Source: a virus
DNA: 64,000 nt
Virus record (IMG/VR): IMGVR_UViG_3300025168_000068
Span: 7,717 to 71,716 of that record
Strand: one strand, 5' to 3'
Part shown: positions 10,801 to 20,711 of the stretch, in pieces
How positions within the stretch are numbered: position 1 is the stretch's first letter
How the letters are laid out: each line of letters begins with the position of its first letter
Notes under the pieces: generated by a model
The model's input: the letters and a program-made list of their open reading frames with translations, nothing else
What the model was told of the DNA's origin: nothing
Databases searched by the model: none
Position numbers and translations under genes: made by a program

Positions 10801-13800
10801 GTGATTTATTTATTTTCAAGGGTGTTGTAACTGTAGGTAGTAATCATTATTTAGTAGGCTGTCAATTCATTAGTAGAACTCATAGTAATGGTGTAGCACT
10901 AAAGTTCCCACAAATAAGAAATGATTACAAACACCTTTGGTTACTTTGGTCCGACATGAGAAATAACGGTAGAGCGAGTGCTGATAGCGGGACTAGAAAA
11001 CGAAACTTTGGTTTACAAAGCCCCTCGTCTAGTAATTATGAAATAAATATATTTTTCAAAGACCAAGTAAATAATCAAAACCAAAAAGATTTGTTTACAA
11101 CATTAAAGACAGGAGAAGATGTAGATATATGGAGTGTTGATTCTACGCTAGACCCTACAACTGGTTCGGCCTTCTCAAGACCTATTGACTATAGTAATCC
11201 TATACCTGTTAATACTATAACAGCAGTTACAGGTAATGCTAACGCTTCTTTAAACGGTAAAACACTTGTAACATATCCTTCCGCACATAATTTAACTGCG
11301 ACTACTTATCATGTAGCATTATACAATACTAATTCACATGACGGCGCGTATGAAATACTTAACGTCCCTAGCACTACGACATTGATATTAGACAAAGTGT
11401 TTGGTAGTGCCGACTCCGGTAAAACAGGGGGTATTCTATCTGCAAAAACCACAGGGACAACTCTCTTGTTTGACAAACCTCACTACAAGGAATGGCATAA
11501 TCTAGGAGGCGCATTTTTAATTATAGATTCTTCTAAGTTCTTTAACATAAACTCCAATGCCAACAACGGTAGGGTAGGACAAGCAGCAGGTGGAAAGACT
11601 ACCCTGAGTGATTATACGGCTACTGTTAGGGGATTCCCCGACCTAATAGATAATTATTGGAGTGAAGCAATATCTACTTCTGCTAATTCCGGTTCGTTAT
11701 ATTCTGAACATCCTAATAAACACCTAATAAGAAATGATTTAGTTCTTACTACTAATAACAGTAAAGTGGGAGATTTCTTCTTGTGTATAGATACTGATGA
11801 TTTCGACAATAGCGGTTATGGAAGAATAGTAGGAGTCAAAAATGACGGTAATAATTCGCAAACAAAAACAGAAGTATTTTTTGGGTGGCAGGGTAAGAAC
11901 GGTAACGATAGAACGGGAACCGTAACTGGTTACGGTAATAATCCCAGTGCCGGTTATTTTGAATTAACAGATAGTAACGCAACCTTTCAAACATGGGGAA
12001 TAGAAAAAGGAATGTATATTATAAATACAACTACAGATAAAACTATAGAAGATATATATTCTTTTAGTTCAAACGGAGGTAGGTTTAGGATTCTTTCTGT
12101 TGAAAGTCAGACTGTCATAAGAGTAGAATTAACTTATTATTCTACACAGTTAATACAATCCTCCCCATTTATAGGCTTAGGTAGCGGTAGAGTTCCCTCT
12201 ATACCTTTAACTAGTGACATGACTAGTAACAGATGGGGTGTTAATAATTCTTACCTTATACCTGAACAATTGAGTGGTGTGGCTACTATTGCTAAAGGCG
12301 CATTCATGATTGACGCAGACAGCACTCAAGATGAAATAAGAGAAGAGGTCGAAAGACTATACGAAACTATTTGTGGCGTAGATACTATACAACAAAGATA
12401 TATTATGATGGATTTTATTGTTAATGAAACCTTCCTATACAATAATGGCACATTTAGTATAGAAGATAAATTAGCGGCTGCCAACCTAGAATTAGGGTTT
12501 AAAACTAAATACGATGCCGTTTCTATTACAAATACTTTAGCCCCTATTCATTTAATGGATTTGATGATGTATGTTGATGGGTTTGTAGAGTGTAGAACAA
12601 GTAATACATATTTCGACCACGATAAGTTTAGAGCATTATGGACCGCCGCTACTATGAAAACATGGTTGCCTCAGACTAGACTTTCTACTACATACGATAT
12701 TAACAATATACCTATAACTGAAAATATTTCAACCGACGGTGGCACTTCACACCCTTTCGCCAATATAGATTCTTACGGTGGACCGTATGATAGCAGAACA
12801 CAAGACCTATTAAAAATTGTTAGAAATATACAAAAGAGGTCCGGTCAAGGAATAGATAAATCCCTAGTAACAAGTTTCTCATTCTTACAAGGTAGAGATG
12901 GTAAAATAGAATACCGACCTAAATATAATAGCGGTCATAATTTTACTAGAAACAATTTATCAATAAGTGACTTGGACGGAGATATAGCAGGTAAAATAGA
13001 CAACGTAAGAGTTTATTATAAAAATGGATATTCGTTTGTAGATTTCCCTAAACCCGAACTAACAGATACTACTAGATGGAAAGTAATAGAACATCCTGAT
13101 ATTACTTCCGACCTTGAAGCGTTAAGTATAGCAAAGAAAGAATATAACACTCAAAAGAATCCTAGACTAAGTATTAAAGCAAGTCCTATGAAAGCCAGTG
13201 AACAGTTTAATGGCTCGTCTAGGGTAGTGGCCGACACTATGCTAGACGGCGGTAGGTTTGGTTACATAGCCGACCCTCAAAGAGTTATACAAGGCTATGA
13301 TGATTTAACGCAAGCCGATGCTTACTCTTGGACTAGGTTAGGAACAGGCGGGACTTTATTTGGTGGTATGGTTAATGGCATGGATGGGATGATGGACGAT
13401 GCTTCGGATATTTATAATAGGTTTGGTAATTCAAACAATGCTTCCGGTTGGCCTATAACTTGGAATAATAATTACTATTGGTATGGTTCTAACAGTTTAA
13501 GTTATGCACTACAGATAGTTCACATACCAAAGTATATGCCTAAAGTAAATAGTAATGGCGAGCCTCTAAGATTGGCTATAAGTGTAAATACTAATTTAAC
13601 TTCTAGTATTGACGATGCGGTATTTACATTACATCTTTTAGATTATCAATTTAGTGCAAGTCAGAATAGTGAAGGGCATGGTCCTAGTTTAGCGGCAACT
13701 ACAGTTTCTAATACTGGGACATCACTACAAGAAATAAATATGAAAGGTAGTGGTTTTTATGAAATAAATGTGCCTAGTAGTTACTGGGCAAGCACAGGTC

Positions 13801-15068
13801 AGGCTTCGGGAATAAAAGTAGTAATTAGTTTTAATGCTGAGTATTGTAAAGCATTACTTAGACATAGATGTGGGAGTAGAGAAAGTGGTAATTTATTCAA
13901 GAATGCTAATAGTATTACTGGGACTACTATCACCACTGGTAACAGTAGTAGTATATTCCCTCTAGGTATGAGAAAATATACTGAGATGAAAGGCTATGCA
14001 AATACTAGAGCAGAATGGTATGCGCCTAGATTATTGATTACGGATGATTTAGTATACCTACCGGCTACCTTTGCTACATATACTGATAAAGGTCTTGGTC
14101 TAACAAACGAGGTTTTGAGTATTCAAAAGGTAGACTGGCGAGTTTCGTCAGATGGTTTGGAAACCATTAATTTGAGATTAGAAAGGGATGAATCTCTCGC
14201 AGCAGCAGGTGTGTTACCTTACATCTTTTCAGGCATGGGAACACCTACCTTAGATACACAGGCTGTAAGTGTGGCTGATTCAGACGAAGGTAATAATACA
14301 GGTGTGGGCGGTGGAACTTTCACTCCACCCGGCGGAGTGTCCGGTGCAGACAACATAGACCCTAACAAGGATAACCCCGAAGGAGGAAATGCTTACAGCA
14401 ACGAACAAGGTGGAACACACTTCAAAAAGACTATAGGAATACAAGAATTAACTACTACATTATATTCCACCCTTAAAGGTAGGGGTAATCTCTCAGACTC
14501 CACACTGTCTTACAATAACAAGTTCACGATTTTAGGCCAACAGAAGCCATCTAAGCGACCTTCTGCTATGAAGGCTACCGAGGGACTAGGGCAGACGATA
14601 ACGCCCTCTACAGGCTCTCTAACGGTAACAAATAAGGGTATATCATTTGGTGGTGCAGGTCATCCCGAAGATAACGCTCAACCTAACACAACAACATCAT
14701 TCTTTATGAAAAGCCCTACCGATGTGATGACTAATGAAATTAATATAACCGCTAAAGTAAGTATGAAGTATCAAGAGCAAACTAAAATAGCGATACTTTT
14801 GGTAAAAGCAGAATGCTTAGAGACAGGCTCGTTTACTAACAACAGTGTAGTGGTTAGAACTAATACAGAAAATACAATACAGTTGCTATCTACAGATATA
14901 GAAGGTATAAAGAAAGCAGGTAACACTATGAAAATTACTATCAGTAGAAGTGCAGGTCAAAACGCAGATACGGCCTCAACAATGTCTGTAAATGTAAGTG
15001 ACATACAGGTAAACTACAGAAGGGCAGCCGTGTTTTCAGACAGTGGTTCATCTACTTTTACTAATTAG
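7851..15068 (+). CDS. Giant tail-tip/hub and adhesion protein (2405 aa)
   Basis: Follows TMP; hub-like LWRGIIEKMRIK...ELQARDNLSLLDR; LamG-like WIDVDVTLDYTNGAYVVYQDG; beta-rich. Confidence 0.7.
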   Translation: MVRSVNGKYNLWIAGYYDDFGGARAIAEDNNSPSATGSYDHTKTHYGNPMNGEATLNPKYRWSIIERSLVTNYDSTLVGTNNTTRYLQNNGSFEYIGQDVIRNKSDKWEGKAQLQYPDGNVGNKYRYGGSGSDAYQLFTNGYDTLGKYIIPLGASDSTFGRTNSIGYGDGNFTSKNAGYVDATYTVAFTQKANLIGTWMGETMRFDNASHICPENVFFPVTSPASKPFLAIQSYYQTAPNSGVVPSTASIIYDGSLNSRADGDIFHLRVAVRSFNGSTTSEGNAGANVNVMLGFTSRVGDTYEDGFTHSSNTPAISFNLSLNNYDSYGALYNGNATKTTYTNDTAWIDVDVTLDYTNGAYVVYQDGAQVSSGSFTGTAANMYGYQITAYPDDNKDNSVITLMLDRVALYRPLTNHPSGIQLAPVNDLKITSVVNGISSCKLSISDDADNDDGDIGFSANDYDYTLTPIFDSSITSDWYLLVFGASGYDWDVSSRIDRPLWRGIIEKMRIKQQGRDRIVELQARDNLSLLDRQVPLWEVGQDGLNDDESQNPFWLYDSQGFSNTMNFGVKPLKLLSKELGFDSDDAFLERTDQRMQLGSGHPIQMYVNEDADGPNDVEDDYAGVGINSVGKNGNKTIIFLSGNASYTTSSSITIRGGAKNGMNITAQTPSAVGTHIDRDGQTQQTLSFTQTQLPYQGSSIVGGNAKGNIVYAGKFDWSDETDYDYWYNKITYNGQFIIRSPNTFPTFPDEMNQSDRIAGYSAVNLALAELDQYIIVNAFHPSSEQYSFCFDEDPNLKPYDFFRVPVNSNPNGTVNNVLSDKVHYVMSIRKVMNQHVLNNNDIHTELQTGSRQRWIVTTNTSYFQSGSGTGVEFGNFTTYDGLLSGDDRLFYESSVSIGTPISTSLPTNQPDLTSKVSQAVWMRDLPKSLWFQYHFGDITTNTHIADTTTAAIVSSNATTVQISSTTKTALDNANVSSGVAELNGSDLFIFKGVVTVGSNHYLVGCQFISRTHSNGVALKFPQIRNDYKHLWLLWSDMRNNGRASADSGTRKRNFGLQSPSSSNYEINIFFKDQVNNQNQKDLFTTLKTGEDVDIWSVDSTLDPTTGSAFSRPIDYSNPIPVNTITAVTGNANASLNGKTLVTYPSAHNLTATTYHVALYNTNSHDGAYEILNVPSTTTLILDKVFGSADSGKTGGILSAKTTGTTLLFDKPHYKEWHNLGGAFLIIDSSKFFNINSNANNGRVGQAAGGKTTLSDYTATVRGFPDLIDNYWSEAISTSANSGSLYSEHPNKHLIRNDLVLTTNNSKVGDFFLCIDTDDFDNSGYGRIVGVKNDGNNSQTKTEVFFGWQGKNGNDRTGTVTGYGNNPSAGYFELTDSNATFQTWGIEKGMYIINTTTDKTIEDIYSFSSNGGRFRILSVESQTVIRVELTYYSTQLIQSSPFIGLGSGRVPSIPLTSDMTSNRWGVNNSYLIPEQLSGVATIAKGAFMIDADSTQDEIREEVERLYETICGVDTIQQRYIMMDFIVNETFLYNNGTFSIEDKLAAANLELGFKTKYDAVSITNTLAPIHLMDLMMYVDGFVECRTSNTYFDHDKFRALWTAATMKTWLPQTRLSTTYDINNIPITENISTDGGTSHPFANIDSYGGPYDSRTQDLLKIVRNIQKRSGQGIDKSLVTSFSFLQGRDGKIEYRPKYNSGHNFTRNNLSISDLDGDIAGKIDNVRVYYKNGYSFVDFPKPELTDTTRWKVIEHPDITSDLEALSIAKKEYNTQKNPRLSIKASPMKASEQFNGSSRVVADTMLDGGRFGYIADPQRVIQGYDDLTQADAYSWTRLGTGGTLFGGMVNGMDGMMDDASDIYNRFGNSNNASGWPITWNNNYYWYGSNSLSYALQIVHIPKYMPKVNSNGEPLRLAISVNTNLTSSIDDAVFTLHLLDYQFSASQNSEGHGPSLAATTVSNTGTSLQEINMKGSGFYEINVPSSYWASTGQASGIKVVISFNAEYCKALLRHRCGSRESGNLFKNANSITGTTITTGNSSSIFPLGMRKYTEMKGYANTRAEWYAPRLLITDDLVYLPATFATYTDKGLGLTNEVLSIQKVDWRVSSDGLETINLRLERDESLAAAGVLPYIFSGMGTPTLDTQAVSVADSDEGNNTGVGGGTFTPPGGVSGADNIDPNKDNPEGGNAYSNEQGGTHFKKTIGIQELTTTLYSTLKGRGNLSDSTLSYNNKFTILGQQKPSKRPSAMKATEGLGQTITPSTGSLTVTNKGISFGGAGHPEDNAQPNTTTSFFMKSPTDVMTNEINITAKVSMKYQEQTKIAILLVKAECLETGSFTNNSVVVRTNTENTIQLLSTDIEGIKKAGNTMKITISRSAGQNADTASTMSVNVSDIQVNYRRAAVFSDSGSSTFTN

Positions 15069-15789
15069 TGTATTTATCTCTCAGGGCTAAAATATCTTTA
15101 GCCCTACCTCTACCTATACCTTGCACTTCCATAAGACTTTTCTGAGTAGTCTTAGAGTTTAATATTTTAGGTATGGAACCAAACTTCCGCAAAAGATTTT
15201 CGGCGGCCTCTACGGACACACCTTCTATAGAAGATAGAGACTTGATTCTATTATCCAACTTCTTCATATCATGTAGTTTCTTTTCTTTAGCCGGTAATTT
15301 ATCTCTAGTAACCGCACCCTGAATAGCCATCTGAGTATGATTACTAACCAACCAGTCGCAGAAATCATCCATAGTTAGAAGTTCCATATATTTAATTTTG
15401 GGAAACCTTTGGTAGAATGTCATCTTGAACGATTGATTCACCTTTTTCATTCTAGCCAATTCTATAGCCATTGACTTAGAGTTGGGAGTTCCTTTGCCTA
15501 CAACGTAAGGTTTGTATTTAGTTCCATAGACTACCAATATAGGATTCTCAAAGTCATCTTGTAAATCTCTCAGTTGGTCTAGTATAGTTCTATTTCTACC
15601 CATGCCTATGATACTTCTATAGAGGTCATTGATTTCTTTAGCCTCTATACCCCATGTTCCCATAACATAATCACCCGTAGGCAATCTTCTAACTTTCATA
15701 GTTCCTTCTTTACCTAAATCAGCATCACCTAGACGCATCAATAATTTGGCTTTTACTTTCTCACTTTCCCGGTCATCTACAAGAAGCAT
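15061..15789 (-). CDS. ERCC4/XPF-family structure-specific nuclease with HhH motifs
   Basis: VDDRE, LPTGDY...IEAKEINDLYRSI; C-terminal IEGVS...AENLLRKFGS and VQGIGRGRA. Confidence 0.9.
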   Translation of the reverse strand: MLLVDDRESEKVKAKLLMRLGDADLGKEGTMKVRRLPTGDYVMGTWGIEAKEINDLYRSIIGMGRNRTILDQLRDLQDDFENPILVVYGTKYKPYVVGKGTPNSKSMAIELARMKKVNQSFKMTFYQRFPKIKYMELLTMDDFCDWLVSNHTQMAIQGAVTRDKLPAKEKKLHDMKKLDNRIKSLSSIEGVSVEAAENLLRKFGSIPKILNSKTTQKSLMEVQGIGRGRAKDILALRDKYTN

Positions 15790-15827
15790 GATGAATACTA
15801 TTTGAATATTCTATATGAACCGTTGCA

Positions 15828-16838
15828 TTAGTATGTGCCGTCATCTCTCCAACAAGAACCTACACACAAACCCCTTGCTTTTATCCACGAACAGGAGGGA
15901 GAATTACCATAACTAATAATACTTTCAACGTGAAAGGTGCTTGTCTTTCTATTATAGTCTCTCCAATTCAAAGTTTCTATATAATCAACAATTGACTCTA
16001 CCATGTTTCTTTTGTCCTCGACGGAGACTGTTTCAATTGGTGCGAACCATCTTAGATTTTCTGCTAGATGCTGCACTAATGCTAACCTAACTTCGTGTCT
16101 CGGATTATCTACCTTAGTAGCACCATCTAAACAAGGAGGTATAGGTATCTGCTGCATAGTTCCTATCTCACCATCAAAAACTAATTCGTTATTAGACACT
16201 GGCTGCATTGGATTGTTAGCCACCCATTTTATGATACTAAACGAAGAGTTAGGTGTCATACCTACGAAGGGGTCATTCTTACTTAGAGAAGGGTCAGGGA
16301 CACAAGGTATTCTATAACCCAAAGGGTCGCTCATAAACGCTTCCTTGTCTACATTAACAGCCCACTTACCCCTAGTAATATTATAGGTGTCAGGAACTCT
16401 AGTTAATTTCTGAGGATGTCCCACACCGTCTAATGTCTCAAGACCTTTACTCATCTTTCTTTGGTATCTATCAATATGTTTAACCATAGAAGTCCCGCAA
16501 ACTTTCTTCTCGAAGAATTGATGTATATGAAATCCCCTTCCAGTAAAGACTAGCCTAACATCACCCTCTAATCTATTGAGTAACATATACACATCACGCT
16601 TTACATCATTAAGTGTGCCACCTTCTAACATATCGAAATCCCACCATGCCCTATCTATTATGACAGATTCTAAATCGGGCTTCCAACTTCTAATCGGGTC
16701 TAATCTCTCAAAGTTATAGAGAGAAGTATAACAAGATGCTTTACCGTTGATTTTATTAATATAATTATCATATTCTTTCTTGGATTTACATAGCCTACGC
16801 TTCAAGCCAATCTCTCTAGGAAATGATAACATAGTCAT
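15828..16838 (-). CDS. Archaeo-eukaryotic primase, PriS fused to a PriL-type Fe-S domain
   Basis: WWDFD, FTGRGFHIH, RVPDTYN; C-terminal PPCL...HEVRLALV...PSCSWIKARGLCVGSC. Confidence 0.85.
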   Translation of the reverse strand: MTMLSFPREIGLKRRLCKSKKEYDNYINKINGKASCYTSLYNFERLDPIRSWKPDLESVIIDRAWWDFDMLEGGTLNDVKRDVYMLLNRLEGDVRLVFTGRGFHIHQFFEKKVCGTSMVKHIDRYQRKMSKGLETLDGVGHPQKLTRVPDTYNITRGKWAVNVDKEAFMSDPLGYRIPCVPDPSLSKNDPFVGMTPNSSFSIIKWVANNPMQPVSNNELVFDGEIGTMQQIPIPPCLDGATKVDNPRHEVRLALVQHLAENLRWFAPIETVSVEDKRNMVESIVDYIETLNWRDYNRKTSTFHVESIISYGNSPSCSWIKARGLCVGSCWRDDGTY

Positions 16839-16842
16839 ACTA

Positions 16843-16992
16843 TCACGCCTTTTGTTGGTGGCCGCATTTACAAGTTAAAACTTGTATAACTTCATAGACC
16901 CCGCCTACCTGTCCTGTTACTCTTGCCATCTCTTCTATATTCACCCAATCTGTATTGTCACAGTTGGCACATTTATCATTACTAAAACTCAT
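16843..16992 (-). CDS. Zn-ribbon microprotein (49 aa)
   Basis: MSFSNDKCANC...LTCKCGHQQKA*; ATGA overlap with the upstream stop. Confidence 0.7.
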   Translation of the reverse strand: MSFSNDKCANCDNTDWVNIEEMARVTGQVGGVYEVIQVLTCKCGHQQKA

Positions 16993-17825
16993 ATTGTTCC
17001 CTCAGTATATCCTGTTAGTTCGGCCTCACAATTAAGATTAAAGTCGCACCATATAGGACAAAAATAATCATTCCATTTCATAGGCCATTGTTGGGCTACT
17101 AGCGACTTGATAGTGTTACTTAATGATTTGTCGAAGGCATTAATTGACCTAGAAGAAACTTGTTCCATAAGTGCATACCCGCCGTATTTTCCCTCAAAGA
17201 CAGTCTTGTTTCTTTTATTACCTTCTGCTAATAATTTACAGTCTAAAGTAGTTTCATCCTTTTCATAATCGGGAAGAATATATAAGAAATGAGTTACCTC
17301 CGCATAATCCATAAGACCTAACAGTCGAAGGTAGTAAACCATTTCCTTTCGGGTGCGATTTATTTTACCTATGTTAGCAGAACCAGTTTTCAATTCTACG
17401 ATAGTGAGTGTGCCGTCGGGGTTACGGATAACCCCGTCAATCATACCTACCCACACTACCTCATAACCTTGATAGTTTTCACGCACTGTATGTTTTACTT
17501 CGGCTTCTACTAAATCAAGTCCACCTAAATACGCTGCTACCTGATGAACTAAATCAACCATTCTGATAATAGCAGGGTCGGATTCTACGTTTAGTTCTTG
17601 GGAGACTGCATCCATAGCCACTTCACCGGATAACAAACCTGCTTCCAACACAGAATGAATAGCACTACCTCTAATCATTTCCTCGGAAGGCGGAGGTCTA
17701 GGAACCCCACTCACGTAGTTCCAATAGAATTGTCTAGGACATTTCATGTATGTCATTAAGGAAGATTTACTTATCCTTAGATGTCCTTCATCAGAAGGGT
17801 TGTAAGACGAATCATTCTTGTTCAT
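16989..17825 (-). CDS. Cas4-like PD-(D/E)XK exonuclease
   Basis: ISKSSL...KCPRQ, GSAIH, GMIDG...IVELKTG, C-terminal CPIWCDFNLNC (1+3 Cys). Confidence 0.85.
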   Translation of the reverse strand: MNKNDSSYNPSDEGHLRISKSSLMTYMKCPRQFYWNYVSGVPRPPPSEEMIRGSAIHSVLEAGLLSGEVAMDAVSQELNVESDPAIIRMVDLVHQVAAYLGGLDLVEAEVKHTVRENYQGYEVVWVGMIDGVIRNPDGTLTIVELKTGSANIGKINRTRKEMVYYLRLLGLMDYAEVTHFLYILPDYEKDETTLDCKLLAEGNKRNKTVFEGKYGGYALMEQVSSRSINAFDKSLSNTIKSLVAQQWPMKWNDYFCPIWCDFNLNCEAELTGYTEGTI

Positions 17826-18069
17826 CAACAGCACCCTCTTTCAAGGCTGCTCTAGTATCTAACCAGTTAGGTGTATTAGACAGTACAACTACGAAATCCT
17901 TCTCGTCTATATTACTATCTAACGCAAGTAGATTGCCCCTTACCATACCTGCTCTAATTCCTTTTCTTTCATTGATAGGTGAAGTTTTCCACCAAACTCT
18001 ATCAGCACCATATTCATTTATTGCTATCCTGAGAACATCTAAATCCCCTGTGACTAATATTTTGTTCAT
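17812..18069 (-). CDS. Hypothetical protein
   Basis: Tightly packed ORF in the operon. Confidence 0.6.
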   Translation of the reverse strand: MNKILVTGDLDVLRIAINEYGADRVWWKTSPINERKGIRAGMVRGNLLALDSNIDEKDFVVVLSNTPNWLDTRAALKEGAVDEQE

Positions 18070-18110
18070 ACCTTTTCATCTCCTGTATCGTTTAATAAAT
18101 ATTATTATAT

Positions 18111-18422
18111 TTATTCTTGTGACCCATTATCCCAATCTTCTACAGTAGTCTGTTTAGAATCCGACAAATCATAATCCTTGCCACACTGAGGACAAGTGGT
18201 ATCTATCTCAACGTGTTCTAGTTTAGGTATCAATGTAGTGAATCCGCATTCACATTCATGTTCCACTATTAAATTATCTTTCTTCATTATACCTAAAAGT
18301 ATCATATTCATTTTATTTAAATCGCCAATAACCTGACCGCTAAAGTTAGTCAAGAAAGAACCCATTTCCTGTAGTCCTTGTTCATGTCTTTCTAAAGCCT
18401 CTTTTATCTCAGCACTCTTCAT
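18111..18422 (-). CDS. Coiled-coil + Zn-ribbon protein with PIP-like tail
   Basis: CECG...CPQCG; KQTTVEDW near the C-terminus. Confidence 0.65.
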   Translation of the reverse strand: MKSAEIKEALERHEQGLQEMGSFLTNFSGQVIGDLNKMNMILLGIMKKDNLIVEHECECGFTTLIPKLEHVEIDTTCPQCGKDYDLSDSKQTTVEDWDNGSQE

Positions 18423-18455
18423 TTTATCTCCGCCCTTTCTCATATTATCATCTCA

Positions 18456-18475
18456 CTTCATTAAGCATATAAACC
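18456..18475 (-). promoter_or_regulatory. Replication-module promoter (copy 1)
   Basis: Minus strand GGTTTATATGCTTAATGAAG, identical to 22940-22959; contains a TATA box. Confidence 0.7.
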
Positions 18476-18479
18476 TATG

Positions 18480-20711
18480 TTATAGCCACTTTATACCCGC
18501 TACACCTTCTAGAGAATTAACTAGTGGTTGCATAGACCAACCTGCTAATTCATAGTAAGGTTTTGCTTTATTGACTATAAATCTCTCAGCCAATATCTTG
18601 TAACCTATTTCAGTAACACCTTCGATTTCACTAGGTTCATCGAATGCTATATACTTTCCTTTAGGGGTTATAGTAGATAAGAAGTAGGAGTCCTTTCTAT
18701 AATTCTTACCTAGATATTCATTGGCCCAAGCCGCCCCTGCTGACGAACCTGACAACACCTTGTATTTACTTAGGTCCTGTCTCAATCTACCTTTCATACA
18801 TATATCCAACGGGTCAATATCCTTAGAGACTACTTTAGAAATTAAAGTAGATAGTTCGAGTGTCACATCGGTTTCCGATTTATCGTTGAGTATTCCCTGT
18901 ATAACATCAGTCATACTCTCCTTCATAATAGGAGGCATACGGCTTTGCTTCAATTCAATCCCTTTGAAGTATGACTTAGGTTCGTGGTATTTCCCATCAG
19001 TCCAAGACACTAGACCTGCATATCTATTCTTAGCAGCAATAATAATTCTAGGACACCACTTCTCGAACTCGGTTTCTATCGGACTCATATTGTCGTTGAT
19101 TATTTTCAGTGCTGCCACACCTTCTTCCGGCGTGTTAATTTCACAGAAGATAGAATCAGTGTGACCGTAAATTGTTTTCATCCCTAATGCTTCTGCCTCT
19201 ACCTTCAATTCCTGTAGAGTGCTTCTACTTGTATAGGTTATCGCCGCCGCTACTTCGGGATGGTAAAGACCATACTTCGCGTCACCCGCCACACCATACA
19301 TTGACGCTACAAGAGATTTACAAGCAAACTGCATAGTCTCCCATTTATTTCTTTCAGTATCACTGTCGGACATTATTACCCTCATCTTGTATTCATTTCT
19401 CATGTTAGTCATGTAATCCATTTGTCTACATAACAACCCTTTACTTTCAAGGTTAAACTTACTACCATTACCACAATCAACGCCGTTGTAATCTAAAGTC
19501 TCCCATGAGATACCATACTTACTGACATTACTATGATACATAGCCTTAACGTCCAAGATACCTATTTTGCTATACACTCCCGCTACAGGCTGCATAACAT
19601 TAGCACCTTCATATTCCTTCTTAGCAAACTTTGGTCTTGATGGAATCCTACCTGTAAACTCTTTATCTTTCAACGCTAAAATAGTAAACATTTGAGTTAT
19701 GTGAGGTGTGCTACGAATCTCACATTGAACTAAGTGCTGTAACGCTGTATAATAACCCAATGCATTTACTGTTGAATCTAATCTAGGTAGAAGTCTAACG
19801 TCCTGTCTACAATAATGTATGTAGAGGGGTAGGTCTGAATAATAAGTGTCGTGTCCGTCGGGCAAATCCACCTTATCTTCACCTAGAACTTCCTTAGACA
19901 CTTCACTCAAACTGTAAGCAGGTAACTTACCGTTCTTTAACTCCCATATCTTAGAGAAAGCAATCATCAGGTCAATACACATCCTACCTACTATGGGCTG
20001 TTCCCAATCACCGAACTCATATCGTATGGACCTCTTAGGAGACATGGCTCTAGGTTCTATACCGTTAGCCCTACACCTCTCAAATATCGTCTTAATATCA
20101 GCACCAGTGACATACCAACCAGTTAGTATATCGGGGTCGTGCTTATCCATGTGCCTGATAAAATGTATCAACATACTCTTCTCATCAGGGAACCCTAATG
20201 CGGGCGTTTCATATTCAAAGTCACCGTATTTACTGAATGATGTTTTTTCCTTTAGAGATGGTTCTACAAACCATACAAACTCCTTATCAGTATAGTTATC
20301 ATAAACTACTATAACCCTCATTCTATTAGTAGCCGGACTCCACTCACAATCTAAGAACCATGTTCGATGTTCATAATTAGGTATAGCATCATGTTCCTGT
20401 AACCTATCAACCATTACACGATTAGCATGAGACAGATTTGCTTCCCATGTATAATCTCCTTGATTATACGCAGTCTCTCTCATAGTGTATGGGTCACTAC
20501 AAACTATCTTAGTAAGGGATTCTCCGTAGACACCCTTGTAGCCAGTTTCCTTACCTACACTTTCGATGTATTCTGCCGATTCATCGGCAACAAAGAAGTA
20601 GGGGTAGTAGTTACTATGACTAACGCTTTTCCTTTCTTTCGTTTTAGGGTCACGGTATCTAATGCTTACTGCTTTACCCCTTAACTTATCTACTATCAAG
20701 GTTCTCACCAT
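18480..20711 (-). CDS. polB: Family B DNA polymerase
   Basis: ExoI FLDCEW, ExoIII YCRQD, motif A LDVKAMYHS, B KSLVASMYG, C YGHTDS, KNRYAG, KGIE. Confidence 0.95.
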   Translation of the reverse strand: MVRTLIVDKLRGKAVSIRYRDPKTKERKSVSHSNYYPYFFVADESAEYIESVGKETGYKGVYGESLTKIVCSDPYTMRETAYNQGDYTWEANLSHANRVMVDRLQEHDAIPNYEHRTWFLDCEWSPATNRMRVIVVYDNYTDKEFVWFVEPSLKEKTSFSKYGDFEYETPALGFPDEKSMLIHFIRHMDKHDPDILTGWYVTGADIKTIFERCRANGIEPRAMSPKRSIRYEFGDWEQPIVGRMCIDLMIAFSKIWELKNGKLPAYSLSEVSKEVLGEDKVDLPDGHDTYYSDLPLYIHYCRQDVRLLPRLDSTVNALGYYTALQHLVQCEIRSTPHITQMFTILALKDKEFTGRIPSRPKFAKKEYEGANVMQPVAGVYSKIGILDVKAMYHSNVSKYGISWETLDYNGVDCGNGSKFNLESKGLLCRQMDYMTNMRNEYKMRVIMSDSDTERNKWETMQFACKSLVASMYGVAGDAKYGLYHPEVAAAITYTSRSTLQELKVEAEALGMKTIYGHTDSIFCEINTPEEGVAALKIINDNMSPIETEFEKWCPRIIIAAKNRYAGLVSWTDGKYHEPKSYFKGIELKQSRMPPIMKESMTDVIQGILNDKSETDVTLELSTLISKVVSKDIDPLDICMKGRLRQDLSKYKVLSGSSAGAAWANEYLGKNYRKDSYFLSTITPKGKYIAFDEPSEIEGVTEIGYKILAERFIVNKAKPYYELAGWSMQPLVNSLEGVAGIKWL

